A DNA stretch of 62,461 nt, filler included. It is 8 parts of 8 records of this genome, joined end to end, with 100 filler letters (N's around TTAATTAATTAA, not from the genome) between each part and the next. Parts side by side here need not be neighbours in the genome. Positions count along the whole stretch, not along the records: positions 49,500 to 56,690 come from SRR31147125_64522; positions 56,791 to 62,461 come from SRR31147125_64591; 6 more parts are not named here. One strand, 5' to 3'. This document shows, piece after piece, positions 53,531-62,461 of the stretch. The position numbers and the translations under genes are program-made. Position 1 is the first letter of the stretch. Every line of letters starts with the position of its first letter. The notes below the pieces were generated by a model that was not told where the DNA came from, searched no databases, and was given only the letters and a program-made list of their open reading frames with translations.

Positions 53531-55075
53531 ATGACATCCCCAGCCGCACCCAACAAACGAAGCAAAATGCAACTCACCGGCCTGATTTTAGGTCCCATTC
53601 TTTTTGCCGCCATCTGGATGATGGATTTAACCCCGGATAAACCCGAAGTGACCCGGATGGCGGCCATTGCCGCTTTAATGGCTGTGATGTGGGTGACGGA
53701 AGCCATCCCCATGGCCGCCACCTCTCTCATTCCCATCGTACTCTACCCGCTCATGGGCATTATGAAGGGAAAGGCTGCGGCAACCGTCTATTTTAACAGT
53801 ACCATCTTCTTATTCATGGGCGGCTTTCTCATTGCCCTTGCCATGGAAAAATGGAATTTACATAAACGGATCGCTCTGTTAACGGTGAAAACCATCGGTG
53901 GCGGCCCTTCCCGTATTGTCTTGGGATTTATGGCGGCATCCGCATTTCTCTCCATGTGGATCTCCAATACGGCCACGGCAGTCATGATGCTGCCCATCGC
54001 GCTCTCCATTGTCTTTAAGATGGAAGAACAATTTTCTGCCGAAGACACCCGATCTTTTACCCTTCCGTTACTTCTGGGTATTGCTTATGCTGCCTCCATG
54101 GGCGGCGCAGCCACGCTTGTGGGAACACCGCCCAACCTGGTATTGACACGAACATTTGAGCAACTGTTCCCCACAGCACCTCCCATTTCCTTTGGAACCT
54201 GGATGCTCATGTCCCTTCCTCTCTCTCTGGCCATGCTCAGTGTCATCTGGTTCCTTCTGACTCAAGTGTTTTACAGGACCCCTGCCCATGTGAAAGTGGA
54301 TCACTCGGTTGTGGAAAACGAATATCGAAATCTCGGCCCCATCACCTCTGAAGAGCGAAAAATACTGATCGTCTTCATCGCAACGGCAGTTTTGTGGATA
54401 TTCAGAAAAGATCTCAACCTCGGGGTTGCCGTCATCCCCGGCTGGGCGTCCTTGCTGCCCTTCCCCAAACTGATCGATGACGGTACCGTTGCCATCACCA
54501 TGGCCATGTTCCTTTTCTTCCTGCCCACATCAAGAAAAGATGCCGAAAGTGCCACCATTCTGGACAGTACGGTATTTTCCAAACTTCCCTGGGGCATCAT
54601 CCTGCTGTTCGGCGGTGGATTTGCGCTGGCCAAAGGGTTCCAGGCATCCGGACTTTCGGAATTCATCGGTTCCAAACTTCAGATTCTGGAAGGTACCAGC
54701 TCCGTTGCCATGATATCCGGTATCTGTACCACACTGACATTCCTGACGGAACTCACCTCCAATACCGCAACCACCCAAATGATTCTGCCCATTCTTTCAT
54801 CCATCGCTGTGGCCATGAAGATCAACCCCTTGATGTTGCTGATTCCGGCGACGCTTTCCGCATCCTGCGCATTCATGATGCCCATCGCCACACCGCCCAA
54901 TGCCATTGTGTTCGGTAGCGGGCGCATCAAAATCTATGAGATGGTTAAAGCGGGTGTTTTGATCAACTTCATCGGCGTGGCTCTGATCACCGGACTCTTC
55001 CTGGTTGTCGGAACCGTCATATTCTCCATCGATCCGGCTGCCATCCCCCAGTGGGCACTGGCTACCGCCAAATAA
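53531..55075 (+). CDS. SLC13/DASS sodium:dicarboxylate symporter
   Basis: SMWISNTAT, GTPPN, TSNTAT, ATPPNAIVFGSG. Confidence 0.93.
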   Translation: MTSPAAPNKRSKMQLTGLILGPILFAAIWMMDLTPDKPEVTRMAAIAALMAVMWVTEAIPMAATSLIPIVLYPLMGIMKGKAAATVYFNSTIFLFMGGFLIALAMEKWNLHKRIALLTVKTIGGGPSRIVLGFMAASAFLSMWISNTATAVMMLPIALSIVFKMEEQFSAEDTRSFTLPLLLGIAYAASMGGAATLVGTPPNLVLTRTFEQLFPTAPPISFGTWMLMSLPLSLAMLSVIWFLLTQVFYRTPAHVKVDHSVVENEYRNLGPITSEERKILIVFIATAVLWIFRKDLNLGVAVIPGWASLLPFPKLIDDGTVAITMAMFLFFLPTSRKDAESATILDSTVFSKLPWGIILLFGGGFALAKGFQASGLSEFIGSKLQILEGTSSVAMISGICTTLTFLTELTSNTATTQMILPILSSIAVAMKINPLMLLIPATLSASCAFMMPIATPPNAIVFGSGRIKIYEMVKAGVLINFIGVALITGLFLVVGTVIFSIDPAAIPQWALATAK

Positions 55076-55083
55076 AAATGAAT

Positions 55084-55112
55084 GCAGGGGCGGATTCCAT
55101 ATCCGCTCTTAC
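55084..55112. repeat. REP-like palindrome related to 34772-34845
   Basis: gcaggggcggattccatatccgctcttac. Confidence 0.55.
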
Positions 55113-55290
55113 GAATTTCAAACAGAGCGGATAAACATAATTCAATATGAACATGTCAATTCATTTATTTTCTATAATTCTATTTTTTAAACTCTATATA
55201 TTGAATTTGTCGAGTCAATCATCTATATAAACTTGACACTCTGACAGATCAGAATGGCAAACTTTTAACCACATTAAGGATTATTTCAAG

Positions 55291-56601
55291 ATGGAAAAAT
55301 TTAAACAGGATGTACTGAATTATCACTGTTACCCCGTTGCAGGAAAAATCGAAGTCATGCCGACCAAACCGTGTCAGACCGCAGCCGAACTCTCCATGGC
55401 CTACACCCCCGGTGTAGCGTTGCCTGTAAAGGAAATTGCGGCCGACCCGAACAATGCAAGACTCCACACCAGTCGTCAGAATCTGGTGGCGGTGGTATCC
55501 AATGGAACTGCCATTCTGGGATTGGGAAATCTGGGAGCGTTGGCCAGTAAACCGGTGATGGAAGGAAAAGGCGTCCTGTTCAAACGATTTGCCGATGTGG
55601 ATGTTTTCGACATCGAGCTGGATACCGAAGATCCCAAAAAGATCATCGATATCGTAAAAACCATGGAACCCACCTTTGGTGGGATCAATCTCGAAGACAT
55701 CAAAGCGCCTGAGTGTTTCGAGATTGAAGAGACGCTCATCGATATCTGCAATATTCCCGTATTTCATGACGATCAGCATGGGACTGCCATCATCAGTGCG
55801 GCCGGACTCATCAATGCATTGGAAATTGCCGACAAAAAAGCCGAAGATATCAAGGTGGTATTCAACGGTGCCGGAGCCGCCGGTATCTCATGCGCCAAGC
55901 TTTTTATCTCTCTGGGTGTGAAATATGAGAACCTGGTGATGTGTGACTCCAGAGGTGTGATCTACAAAGGCCGCACAGAAGGAATGAACAAATACAAAGA
56001 GCTGTTTGCCCTGGATACCGACATGAGAACCCTGGAAGACGCCATGAAAGGGGCGGACGTATTTATCGGTGTTTCTCAAAAAGATGCCGTATCCGCCGAG
56101 ATGCTGAAATCCATGGCCAAAGATCCCATCGTATTTGCCATGGCAAACCCAGATCCCGAGATCACTTATGAGCTGGCAACTGAAACAAGAGATGACGTAA
56201 TCATGGCCACCGGTCGATCCGATTATCCCAACCAGATCAACAATGTTCTGGGCTTTCCGTTCATCTTCCGTGGTGCACTGGATGTGGGTGCAACCAAAAT
56301 CTCCGAAGGGATGAAACTGGCCGCTGCCAAGGCTCTGGCTGCCTTGGCAAAAGAGCCGGTCCCACAGATTGTAAAAGATGCTTACGATGGAAAGGAGTTT
56401 GCATTCGGCAAAGATTACATTGTCCCCAAACCCTTTGATCCCAGAGTCATCGAATGGGAAGCGGCTGCTGTCGCCAAAGCGGCCATTGATGAAGGCCTTG
56501 CCACCGTTCCCATTGAAGATTGGGATGCCTACAAGGCCGGGCTCAATAAGAGAATGGAAAAATTCTGGTGCGAATGCACTCTGGATGAAGAAGAAAAGTA
56601 A
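55291..56601 (+). CDS. Malic enzyme (MaeB-type NAD(P)-dependent, no PTA domain)
   Basis: [46 protein letters not shown]. Confidence 0.93.
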   Translation: MEKFKQDVLNYHCYPVAGKIEVMPTKPCQTAAELSMAYTPGVALPVKEIAADPNNARLHTSRQNLVAVVSNGTAILGLGNLGALASKPVMEGKGVLFKRFADVDVFDIELDTEDPKKIIDIVKTMEPTFGGINLEDIKAPECFEIEETLIDICNIPVFHDDQHGTAIISAAGLINALEIADKKAEDIKVVFNGAGAAGISCAKLFISLGVKYENLVMCDSRGVIYKGRTEGMNKYKELFALDTDMRTLEDAMKGADVFIGVSQKDAVSAEMLKSMAKDPIVFAMANPDPEITYELATETRDDVIMATGRSDYPNQINNVLGFPFIFRGALDVGATKISEGMKLAAAKALAALAKEPVPQIVKDAYDGKEFAFGKDYIVPKPFDPRVIEWEAAAVAKAAIDEGLATVPIEDWDAYKAGLNKRMEKFWCECTLDEEEK

Positions 56602-56690
56602 GTACGACCAGAAAAAACGCTTAAGGAGTCAGCGATTACCGATTTAGTACGTATGATCCCACCTCACCCCCATCCCCCTCTCCATAAATG

Positions 56691-56790
56691 NNNNNNNNNN
56701 NNNNNNNNNNNNNNNNNNNNNNNNNNNNNNNNNNTTAATTAATTAANNNNNNNNNNNNNNNNNNNNNNNNNNNNNNNNNNNNNNNNNNNN
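56691..56790. other. Artificial contig linker
   Basis: N run with TTAATTAATTAA. Confidence 0.99.
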
Positions 56791-57387
56791 TTGATCTTTT
56801 TTTGGAACAGAAATTCCGTAACCATTATCCTGCACAACAAAAATAACCGGTAATTCTTCTTTGTCGGCACCGGTAATTGCTTCGTAAACGTAACCCTCGC
56901 TAACCGACGATTCCCCCTGCCCGCTTATGGCTACTGTTTTTTCGCCATAGTATTTAATGGCACGTGCAGTTCCAACCGCATGTAAAGTATGATTTCCGGT
57001 AGCCGACGAAACACTGTGAATATTCCATTCGGGCTTGGCCAGGTGATTCGACATGTGCCGACCGCCACTGGAGGGATCTGTAGCTTTTGAAATACCGTTT
57101 AATATTATTTCTTCGGCTGTCATTCCGCCTGCCAATGCCGTTAACATATCGCGGTAATACAAATAAATGTGGTCTTCATTTTTTCTGAAATGCTGACCAA
57201 CAGCCAGTTGAATACCGTCATGTCCGGCATAAGGTGCATGATACGACCACCCGATTGCCTGTTTCAGATAATTTGGAGCTTTATCGTCTATGGCACGGCC
57301 AATTGTCATTAATCTATACCACTTTTCCAGAGTTTCTTTAGGCGTGCCTTTAATGGTATATATTTTTGGAATATTTAAATCTTTCAT
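56791..57387 (-). CDS. 2-oxoacid dehydrogenase E1 (alpha/beta fusion type), 3' truncated
   Basis: YYRD, GGRHMSNH, GESSVSEG...QDNGYGISVP TPP-binding motif. Confidence 0.85.
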
Positions 57388-57393
57388 GGCTTA

Positions 57394-58684
57394 TTATATT
57401 GTGCGTTTTGAATCAAATTGTTCTAAAATATCGGCTATTCGGCGTAAGAAAGCACCGCCCAAAGCGCCGTCGATAATACGATGATCGTAAGAAAGCGACA
57501 GGTACATTTTATGCCTGATTGCAATTACATCTCCGCTTGGAGTTTCAAGTACTGCCGGCTTTTTCTCAATTATTCCGGTAGCCAGAATTGCCACCTGAGG
57601 TTGATTAATAATTGGTGTGCCAATTATATTTCCGAAAGAGCCAAAATTTGTAATGGTAAAAGTACCTCCTTCAATTTCCGATGGATCAAGCTTATTCGAG
57701 CGTGCCGCAGTTGCCAGTCGGTTAAGCTCTTTTGTTAAACCAACCAGATTGCGCTGCTCTGCATTTTTTATAACCGGAACAATAAGGTTTCCATCGGGTT
57801 TGGCAACGGCAATTCCAACATTTATATCTTTTTTAAGGATGATTTTATCGCCATTAACCGACGAATTTACCATCGGAAATTCAGAAAGTGCAGAAGCTAC
57901 AGCCTCAGTAAATATTGGCATAAACGTAATCTTATCGCCATGTTTTTCCTAAAGAAGCTTTGTGTTTATTTCGCCAAAGTACCAATTCGGTAACATCGGC
58001 CTCAACAACAGCCGTTACATGTGGCGAAACCTGTTTCGACATTACCATGTGTCCGGCAATTAATTTGCGAACCCTGTCCATTTCTATAACCGTATCGTTT
58101 GCTCCAGCCGAAACAGTTGGTTGAGGAGCCGTTTTAATCACCTTGTTAACAGGCAATTCCTGCGTGTTCTCAACAGTTGCTTTTGCTGAAGCTTTATTTT
58201 CGATATAATCAAGAATATCCTTTTTCTGAACTCGTCCTCCTGCTCCGGAACCTTCAATGGTTTCCAGTTCTTCCAGCAATATATTTTCCTGTTTTGCAAT
58301 GTTCTTTACAAGAGGAGAATAAAACCTGTTCGATAAAGTCTTTGTATTTTCTGCTTTGTTCTCGTTTAAACTTTCGGCGGGAGCTTCACTTTTTGTAGTT
58401 TCCTTTTCTGTTGAAGTTTCTGAATCCGATTCCTCAGCTTCGCCATCAAGGTTAATAACTGCCAGTACTTCGCCAACGGCTACCAGGCTATCCTCTTCAA
58501 ACAAAATTTTACTTACCACACCATCAACCGGAGACGGAATTTCAGAGTCCACTTTATCTGTGGCTACTTCAAAAAGCATATCATCCTCTTCAACAGAATC
58601 CCCTACTTTTATAAACCACTTGGTAATTGTTCCTTCCTGAATACTTTCTCCCAGCTTAGGCATTACGATATTAAAAGTTGCCAT
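57394..58684 (-). CDS. Dihydrolipoamide acyltransferase E2, frameshift near 57950
   Basis: Lipoyl ATDKVDSE, peripheral-subunit domain SPLVK, catalytic DHRIIDG in a second frame. Confidence 0.9.
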
Positions 58685-58894
58685 ATTTTGTCTTTTTTAT
58701 TTTTGCTATTTGCATATTATACAACATCGTCAAAATTGAAATGTTCAGATTACAATTTCAATATCACAAAAATAGAATAAAAAGACATTTTATTCTTTTA
58801 ATAGTATAATTTTTATATTAGATTGTTTTTATTGCTAATAAGTTTTATCGAATTTGTTTTCTATTGAAAAATACGAATTTAAGAGAATGAATAG

Positions 58895-59806
58895 TTACAC
58901 CTGAAGTGCGCCAATTAGTTCTGTAATATCCTGAACATTATGACGTTTCATATAATCTTCAATCCCATTTACGATTTCAACAGGTAACAATGGATTTTTA
59001 AATAAGGCAGTACCAACCTGCACAACCGATGCACCAGCAAGAATAAATTCGATAGCATCGGCAGCATTTTGAATTCCACCGATACCAACAACCGGAATTT
59101 TTACAGCATTAGCAACTTGCCAAACCATTCTTAAAGCAATAGGTTTTATAGCAGGTCCCGACAATCCGCCTGTAATAGTAGAAAGTTTTGGTGTGCGGCT
59201 TTCTGCGTCAACTGCCATTCCCAAAAAAGTGTTTACAAGCGAAACAGCATCAGCCCCCTGCCCTTCTACAGCTTTTGCAATCTCGGTTATGTCGGTTACA
59301 TTTGGCGACAACTTAACAATCATTGTTTTATCGTATACTTTTCGCACTTCACGTGTAACCATTTCCGCTCCCGGACAACTCACCCCAAAGGCCATTCCTC
59401 CTTCTTTTACATTGGGGCACGAAATATTTAATTCAATTGCCTTAATCTTATCGAGTTCGTTTACCTTTTCAGTTAATGCAATGTAATCTTCTACAGTAGA
59501 ACCGTTTACATTTATAATCAACTGGGTATCGTAATCAACTATTTCAGGATAAATATTCTCAATAAAATGATCGATACCTTTGTTTTGTAGTCCAACAGCA
59601 TTTAACATTCCCGATGCTGTTTCTGCCATCCTGGGATAAAGATTTCCATCGCGGTTTTTAAGTGTAGTACCTTTTAGAAAAAAGCCTCCTACTTTCTCCG
59701 GATTATAGAATTCAGCAATTTCACGGGCAAATCCGCAGGTTCCTGAAGCTAAAGTGACAGGATTTTTAAACTCTAAATCGTGTAATTTTACTTTTAAGTC
59801 TACCAT
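58895..59806 (-). CDS. pyrD: Dihydroorotate dehydrogenase class 1B, catalytic subunit
   Basis: [33 protein letters not shown]. Confidence 0.95.
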   Translation of the reverse strand: MVDLKVKLHDLEFKNPVTLASGTCGFAREIAEFYNPEKVGGFFLKGTTLKNRDGNLYPRMAETASGMLNAVGLQNKGIDHFIENIYPEIVDYDTQLIINVNGSTVEDYIALTEKVNELDKIKAIELNISCPNVKEGGMAFGVSCPGAEMVTREVRKVYDKTMIVKLSPNVTDITEIAKAVEGQGADAVSLVNTFLGMAVDAESRTPKLSTITGGLSGPAIKPIALRMVWQVANAVKIPVVGIGGIQNAADAIEFILAGASVVQVGTALFKNPLLPVEIVNGIEDYMKRHNVQDITELIGALQV

Positions 59807-60576
59807 TTTAATTCATTAATGTTAAAAACCGGTCCGTCAGTACAAACACATTTATTTCCTTCTTTAGTTGGCTCAATACAGCAAAGGCACACTCCTATTC
59901 CGCAAGCCATAAGGTTTTCGAGCGAAACCTCGCAAAAAATACCGGCCGCTTTTGCTTCTTTGGCAATTGCGCGCATCATAGCATCGGGGCCACATGCATA
60001 AATTTTATCGTAGCCAGCCAGTTTTTCTGTAAAAACAGAATGCTGGGTTACAAATCCCTTATCACCTAAGCTTCCGTCTTCTGTTGCAAAATGTAAACCA
60101 GCATATTTATTGTAACGTTGTACATCAAAATGGTCGTCTTTTGAACGGGCTCCCAAAAGAATATCAACATTTTCTACCGGTAATTTAGACTCTTTTGCTA
60201 AGAATAACATAGGCGCAACTCCACTACCACCACCAATAAGCAATATTTTATCAGATTCAGCAGGGCGCGTAAAACTTTTACCAAGCGGATAAACCAGGCT
60301 TAATTGAGCACCTGTTTCAATTTCAGTTAGTTTCTTCGAGCCTTTGCCTAAAACTTTAACCAGCAGCGTAATTGTATTTTCGGTACTATCAACCTCAAAA
60401 ATTGAAAAAGGGCGTCTAAGATATACATCTTCAGCTCCTTTAACCTCAACGTTTACAAACTGTCCGGGTAATATTTCGGGTAAATCAACGCTCGACCTAA
60501 CTTTAATCTGGTGAGTTGATGAATTAAGTGCTTTGTTTTCGACAACTTCGAAATCGGTAACAAATTTTTTACACAT
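59800..60576 (-). CDS. pyrK: Dihydroorotate dehydrogenase electron transfer subunit
   Basis: [27 protein letters not shown]...C.DGPVF. Confidence 0.95.
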   Translation of the reverse strand: MCKKFVTDFEVVENKALNSSTHQIKVRSSVDLPEILPGQFVNVEVKGAEDVYLRRPFSIFEVDSTENTITLLVKVLGKGSKKLTEIETGAQLSLVYPLGKSFTRPAESDKILLIGGGSGVAPMLFLAKESKLPVENVDILLGARSKDDHFDVQRYNKYAGLHFATEDGSLGDKGFVTQHSVFTEKLAGYDKIYACGPDAMMRAIAKEAKAAGIFCEVSLENLMACGIGVCLCCIEPTKEGNKCVCTDGPVFNINELKW

Positions 60577-60640
60577 AAAAATGAATTTGCGTGCAAATAT
60601 AGTAGAAATATTTCTTCAGTGAGATCTTAATATATTAAAC

Positions 60641-60718
60641 AAAAAAAAGACCGCAGGGAACGGTCTTAGATAAGAAATTTATAATCGGATTAAAAAATAA
60701 AGGGTCTTTGTTTAAATA
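60641..60718 (-). ncRNA. Candidate sRNA 1 (about 80 nt)
   Basis: Bacteroidota promoter TTTG(60755-52)-20nt-TACATTTG(60731-24); terminator aagaccg/cggtctt plus U8; no ORF. Confidence 0.55.
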
Positions 60719-60812
60719 TGAAACAAATGTAATTGCAATATTTCACATATGCAAAATATTTATTCATTTTTTTTACATTTTTAGTAGGGTAAAAAGTTCT
60801 TATTTATATAAA

Positions 60813-60936
60813 CCAGAAAAGGCCACTAAAATTAGTGGCCAAGCGACTTCTGGAATTATCACATTCAAATTGGGTTTGTAAAAAAATCTATCTTGTTTTA
60901 TCTATTTTGTTTATCTCAACTTTTCCTTAATTGTTA
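60813..60936 (-). ncRNA. Candidate sRNA 2 (about 120 nt)
   Basis: TTTG(60973-70)-20nt-TACATTTG(60949-42); terminator ggccactaa/ttagtggcc plus U tract; no ORF. Confidence 0.55.
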
Positions 60937-61062
60937 CACTACAAATGTAATATACATTTTTTACATGTGCAAACTTTTTTGAAAATAATTTTACATTTTT
61001 AATCGAAGGTGTGATTAACGCTTGTTACATATGTGCCGTAGCTGTTTTACATTTATACATTA

Positions 61063-61265
61063 GAAAAAATAAAACCAGAAGAATGCTATCTTAAACGATA
61101 AACATTATCTCCTGGTTTTAATATTGGAAAGACTTATATTACAAATAAATTTACTTAATCACCTTTATTTATTAAGCAAGAACTAATAATCATGATTGAA
61201 TTATTAAACTTATATAGTCCTTAATAATTGTAATAACAGTCTCAACAAAACATACAACGTATACA
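61063..61265 (-). ncRNA. Candidate sRNA 3 (about 200 nt; contains only a 12-codon ORF)
   Basis: TTTG(61302-299)-20nt-TACATTTG(61278-71); long hairpin 61070-61120 plus U tract. Confidence 0.45.
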
Positions 61266-61299
61266 CAACACAAATGTAAATACATTTAATTACAAATGC

Positions 61300-61329
61300 A
61301 AAAAAAGACTGTTAACAATGGAACAGTCT
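61300..61329 (-). terminator. Terminator of the HTH gene, overlapping the -33 box of unit 3
   Basis: agactgtt-N8-aacagtct with U7 on the minus strand. Confidence 0.7.
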
Positions 61330-61362
61330 CTTTCAAAATAATATTGGTAATAACGAAATTGA

Positions 61363-61809
61363 TTACTTACTTCTGTTGTTATACGAAGCAAAGGAGCCAT
61401 CTTTGTATAGCAGAACTACCTTTTCAACATTATCGTCGAATATATTGGCAACTTTTATTTGTTTCGGCTGTTCTTCCGTAGCCTTATGAACTTGTTCTTT
61501 TGCTACAGGTTCAGGTGTCTCTACTTTAGAATTAATAAAAGGCAGTTCTTCCTGCTTTTCTGACTTACTAACAGTAATAGTAGTTGAAATATTTTGTTGC
61601 TGGTATAACATCTCTCCCTGACCGGTTAACAGCCAACGAGCGTTTAAATCAGGGTATCTGATCAACATTCTCTCTATAAAAGCAGCACCAGGCTTATTTC
61701 GTCCGTTAAGGATATGCGAGATATTAGAACGCTGAACTCCTATATCAATAGCTAGTTCACCGGCACTTTTACCTTTATTATCCATATACTCTTTAATTCT
61801 CTCTTTCAT
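61363..61809 (-). CDS. Xre/cI-type HTH transcriptional regulator (Bacteroidota type)
   Basis: LAIDIGVQRSNISHILNGRNKP...WLLTGQGEM; C-terminal EKVVLLYKDGSF. Confidence 0.88.
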   Translation of the reverse strand: MKERIKEYMDNKGKSAGELAIDIGVQRSNISHILNGRNKPGAAFIERMLIRYPDLNARWLLTGQGEMLYQQQNISTTITVSKSEKQEELPFINSKVETPEPVAKEQVHKATEEQPKQIKVANIFDDNVEKVVLLYKDGSFASYNNRSK

Positions 61810-61886
61810 CGTGACGGATTTAATGACTTACAAAAATGTAAACCAACCATAATGTGTGCTTAAACATCAAAACTTCAACAGTAAGT

Positions 61887-61918
61887 ACAAATGTAACAAA
61901 CATTTTACCCTTTAGCAA
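61887..61918 (-). promoter_or_regulatory. HTH gene promoter with the same ACAAATGTAA box
   Basis: TTG(61918-16)-20nt-TACATTTG(61895-88); extra TTACA-N4-TGTAA palindrome at 61828-61841 in the leader. Confidence 0.6.
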
Positions 61919-62461
61919 CTATTTCTTATTTATTCCCAGATATATTAATGTCAAGAAAATGGCTGTTTATCATTCTAAACAGCTTAAGGCAAACCACATA
62001 AAGCACTGATTAATAGCGGATTTATATACACATGCGAAGCCAAAATACTATCAAAAGTCGAGCATGTTACACTAAAGAATGAAATGCGCTTTAGATAAAA
62101 CCTACAAACAGTTGATATAGTGAGAAATATGATGATTTTTAGATGGCTGTTATGAACTGTTTTTTTAATATTAAATTTGTTAACTCCCCTACTCTATCAT
62201 TGTATAATGAATTTTTAGTTGTAATAATTATTGATACATATTTGTACACTAACTGGAAATCGAAATTAATTTCAATCTTGTTAGCTGTGTACAATTGTAA
62301 TATTTGTGATTTTGCTCGTTTTAACAAATGTATAATCACATTATTTGGAAATAGAACAAGCTTATTTATTTAAAATAAGCAATTCCAAAAGGTTTGGTGC
62401 TCTTTCCTATTCTGGTAAGAATAAATTAATTGTAATTTTTTTAACGAAGATTTCTTTTTTT

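Noticed and set aside
7526-56790. Seven identical TTAATTAATTAA motifs inside N runs as a biological repeat
   Set aside because: Artificial contig-joining linkers; gene neighbourhoods across them are meaningless
57921-57960. Programmed frameshift in E2
   Set aside because: No slippery site plus structure evident, and indels are common throughout the window
60641-61330. CRISPR array interpretation of the repeated units
   Set aside because: Only about 10-bp motifs recur, unit lengths are irregular (218 and 329 nt) and there are no cas genes; promoter/terminator architecture explains it better
62139-62373. Short ORFs in the terminal AT-rich region
   Set aside because: Overlapping low-complexity ORFs with no motifs; probably non-coding
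1-62461. rRNA, tRNA, transposase or integrase genes
   Set aside because: None recognised by eye; a covariance-model search was not possible

Overview
This window is not one locus. It is eight unrelated contigs joined by 100-nt N/TTAATTAATTAA/N linkers, i.e. a concatenated, probably metagenomic, assembly; the taxonomic labels below are inferred from gene content. (1) 1-7525, Clostridia-like ICE/defence region: C5 cytosine MTase, AIPR and a truncated DrmE-like gene (possible DISARM class II variant), plus a sigma70-r4 gene and an Xre/ImmA switch with face-to-face promoters. (2) 7626-14183: MSHA-type pilus operon. (3) 14284-20247: nonulosonic-acid/glycosylation cluster. (4) 20348-25680: Bacteroidota GH2/HxlR region. 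(5) 25781-33495, Desulfobacterales-like: FmdE, ModE, two GntR, acyl-CoA transferase-GNAT, PilZ, CPA2-USP. (6) 33596-49399, Clostridia: YgiQ, VTC operon, two UroD-family genes, spoIIID, an AT-rich immunity-like island and an AprAB-like pair. (7) 49500-56690: sigma54 two-component system, DASS transporter and malic enzyme. (8) 56791-62461, Bacteroidota: 2-oxoacid dehydrogenase, pyrKD and an Xre-type HTH gene. The most striking unexplained structure is at 60640-61920. There, three ORF-less promoter-to-terminator units (candidate sRNAs) lie in tandem downstream of the HTH gene. All three, and the HTH promoter itself, share an identical ACAAATGTAA -7 box within a palindromic TTACAnnTG(T/C)AA operator-like motif. 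Many genes carry single-base frameshifts, several in homopolymers, most likely sequencing errors.
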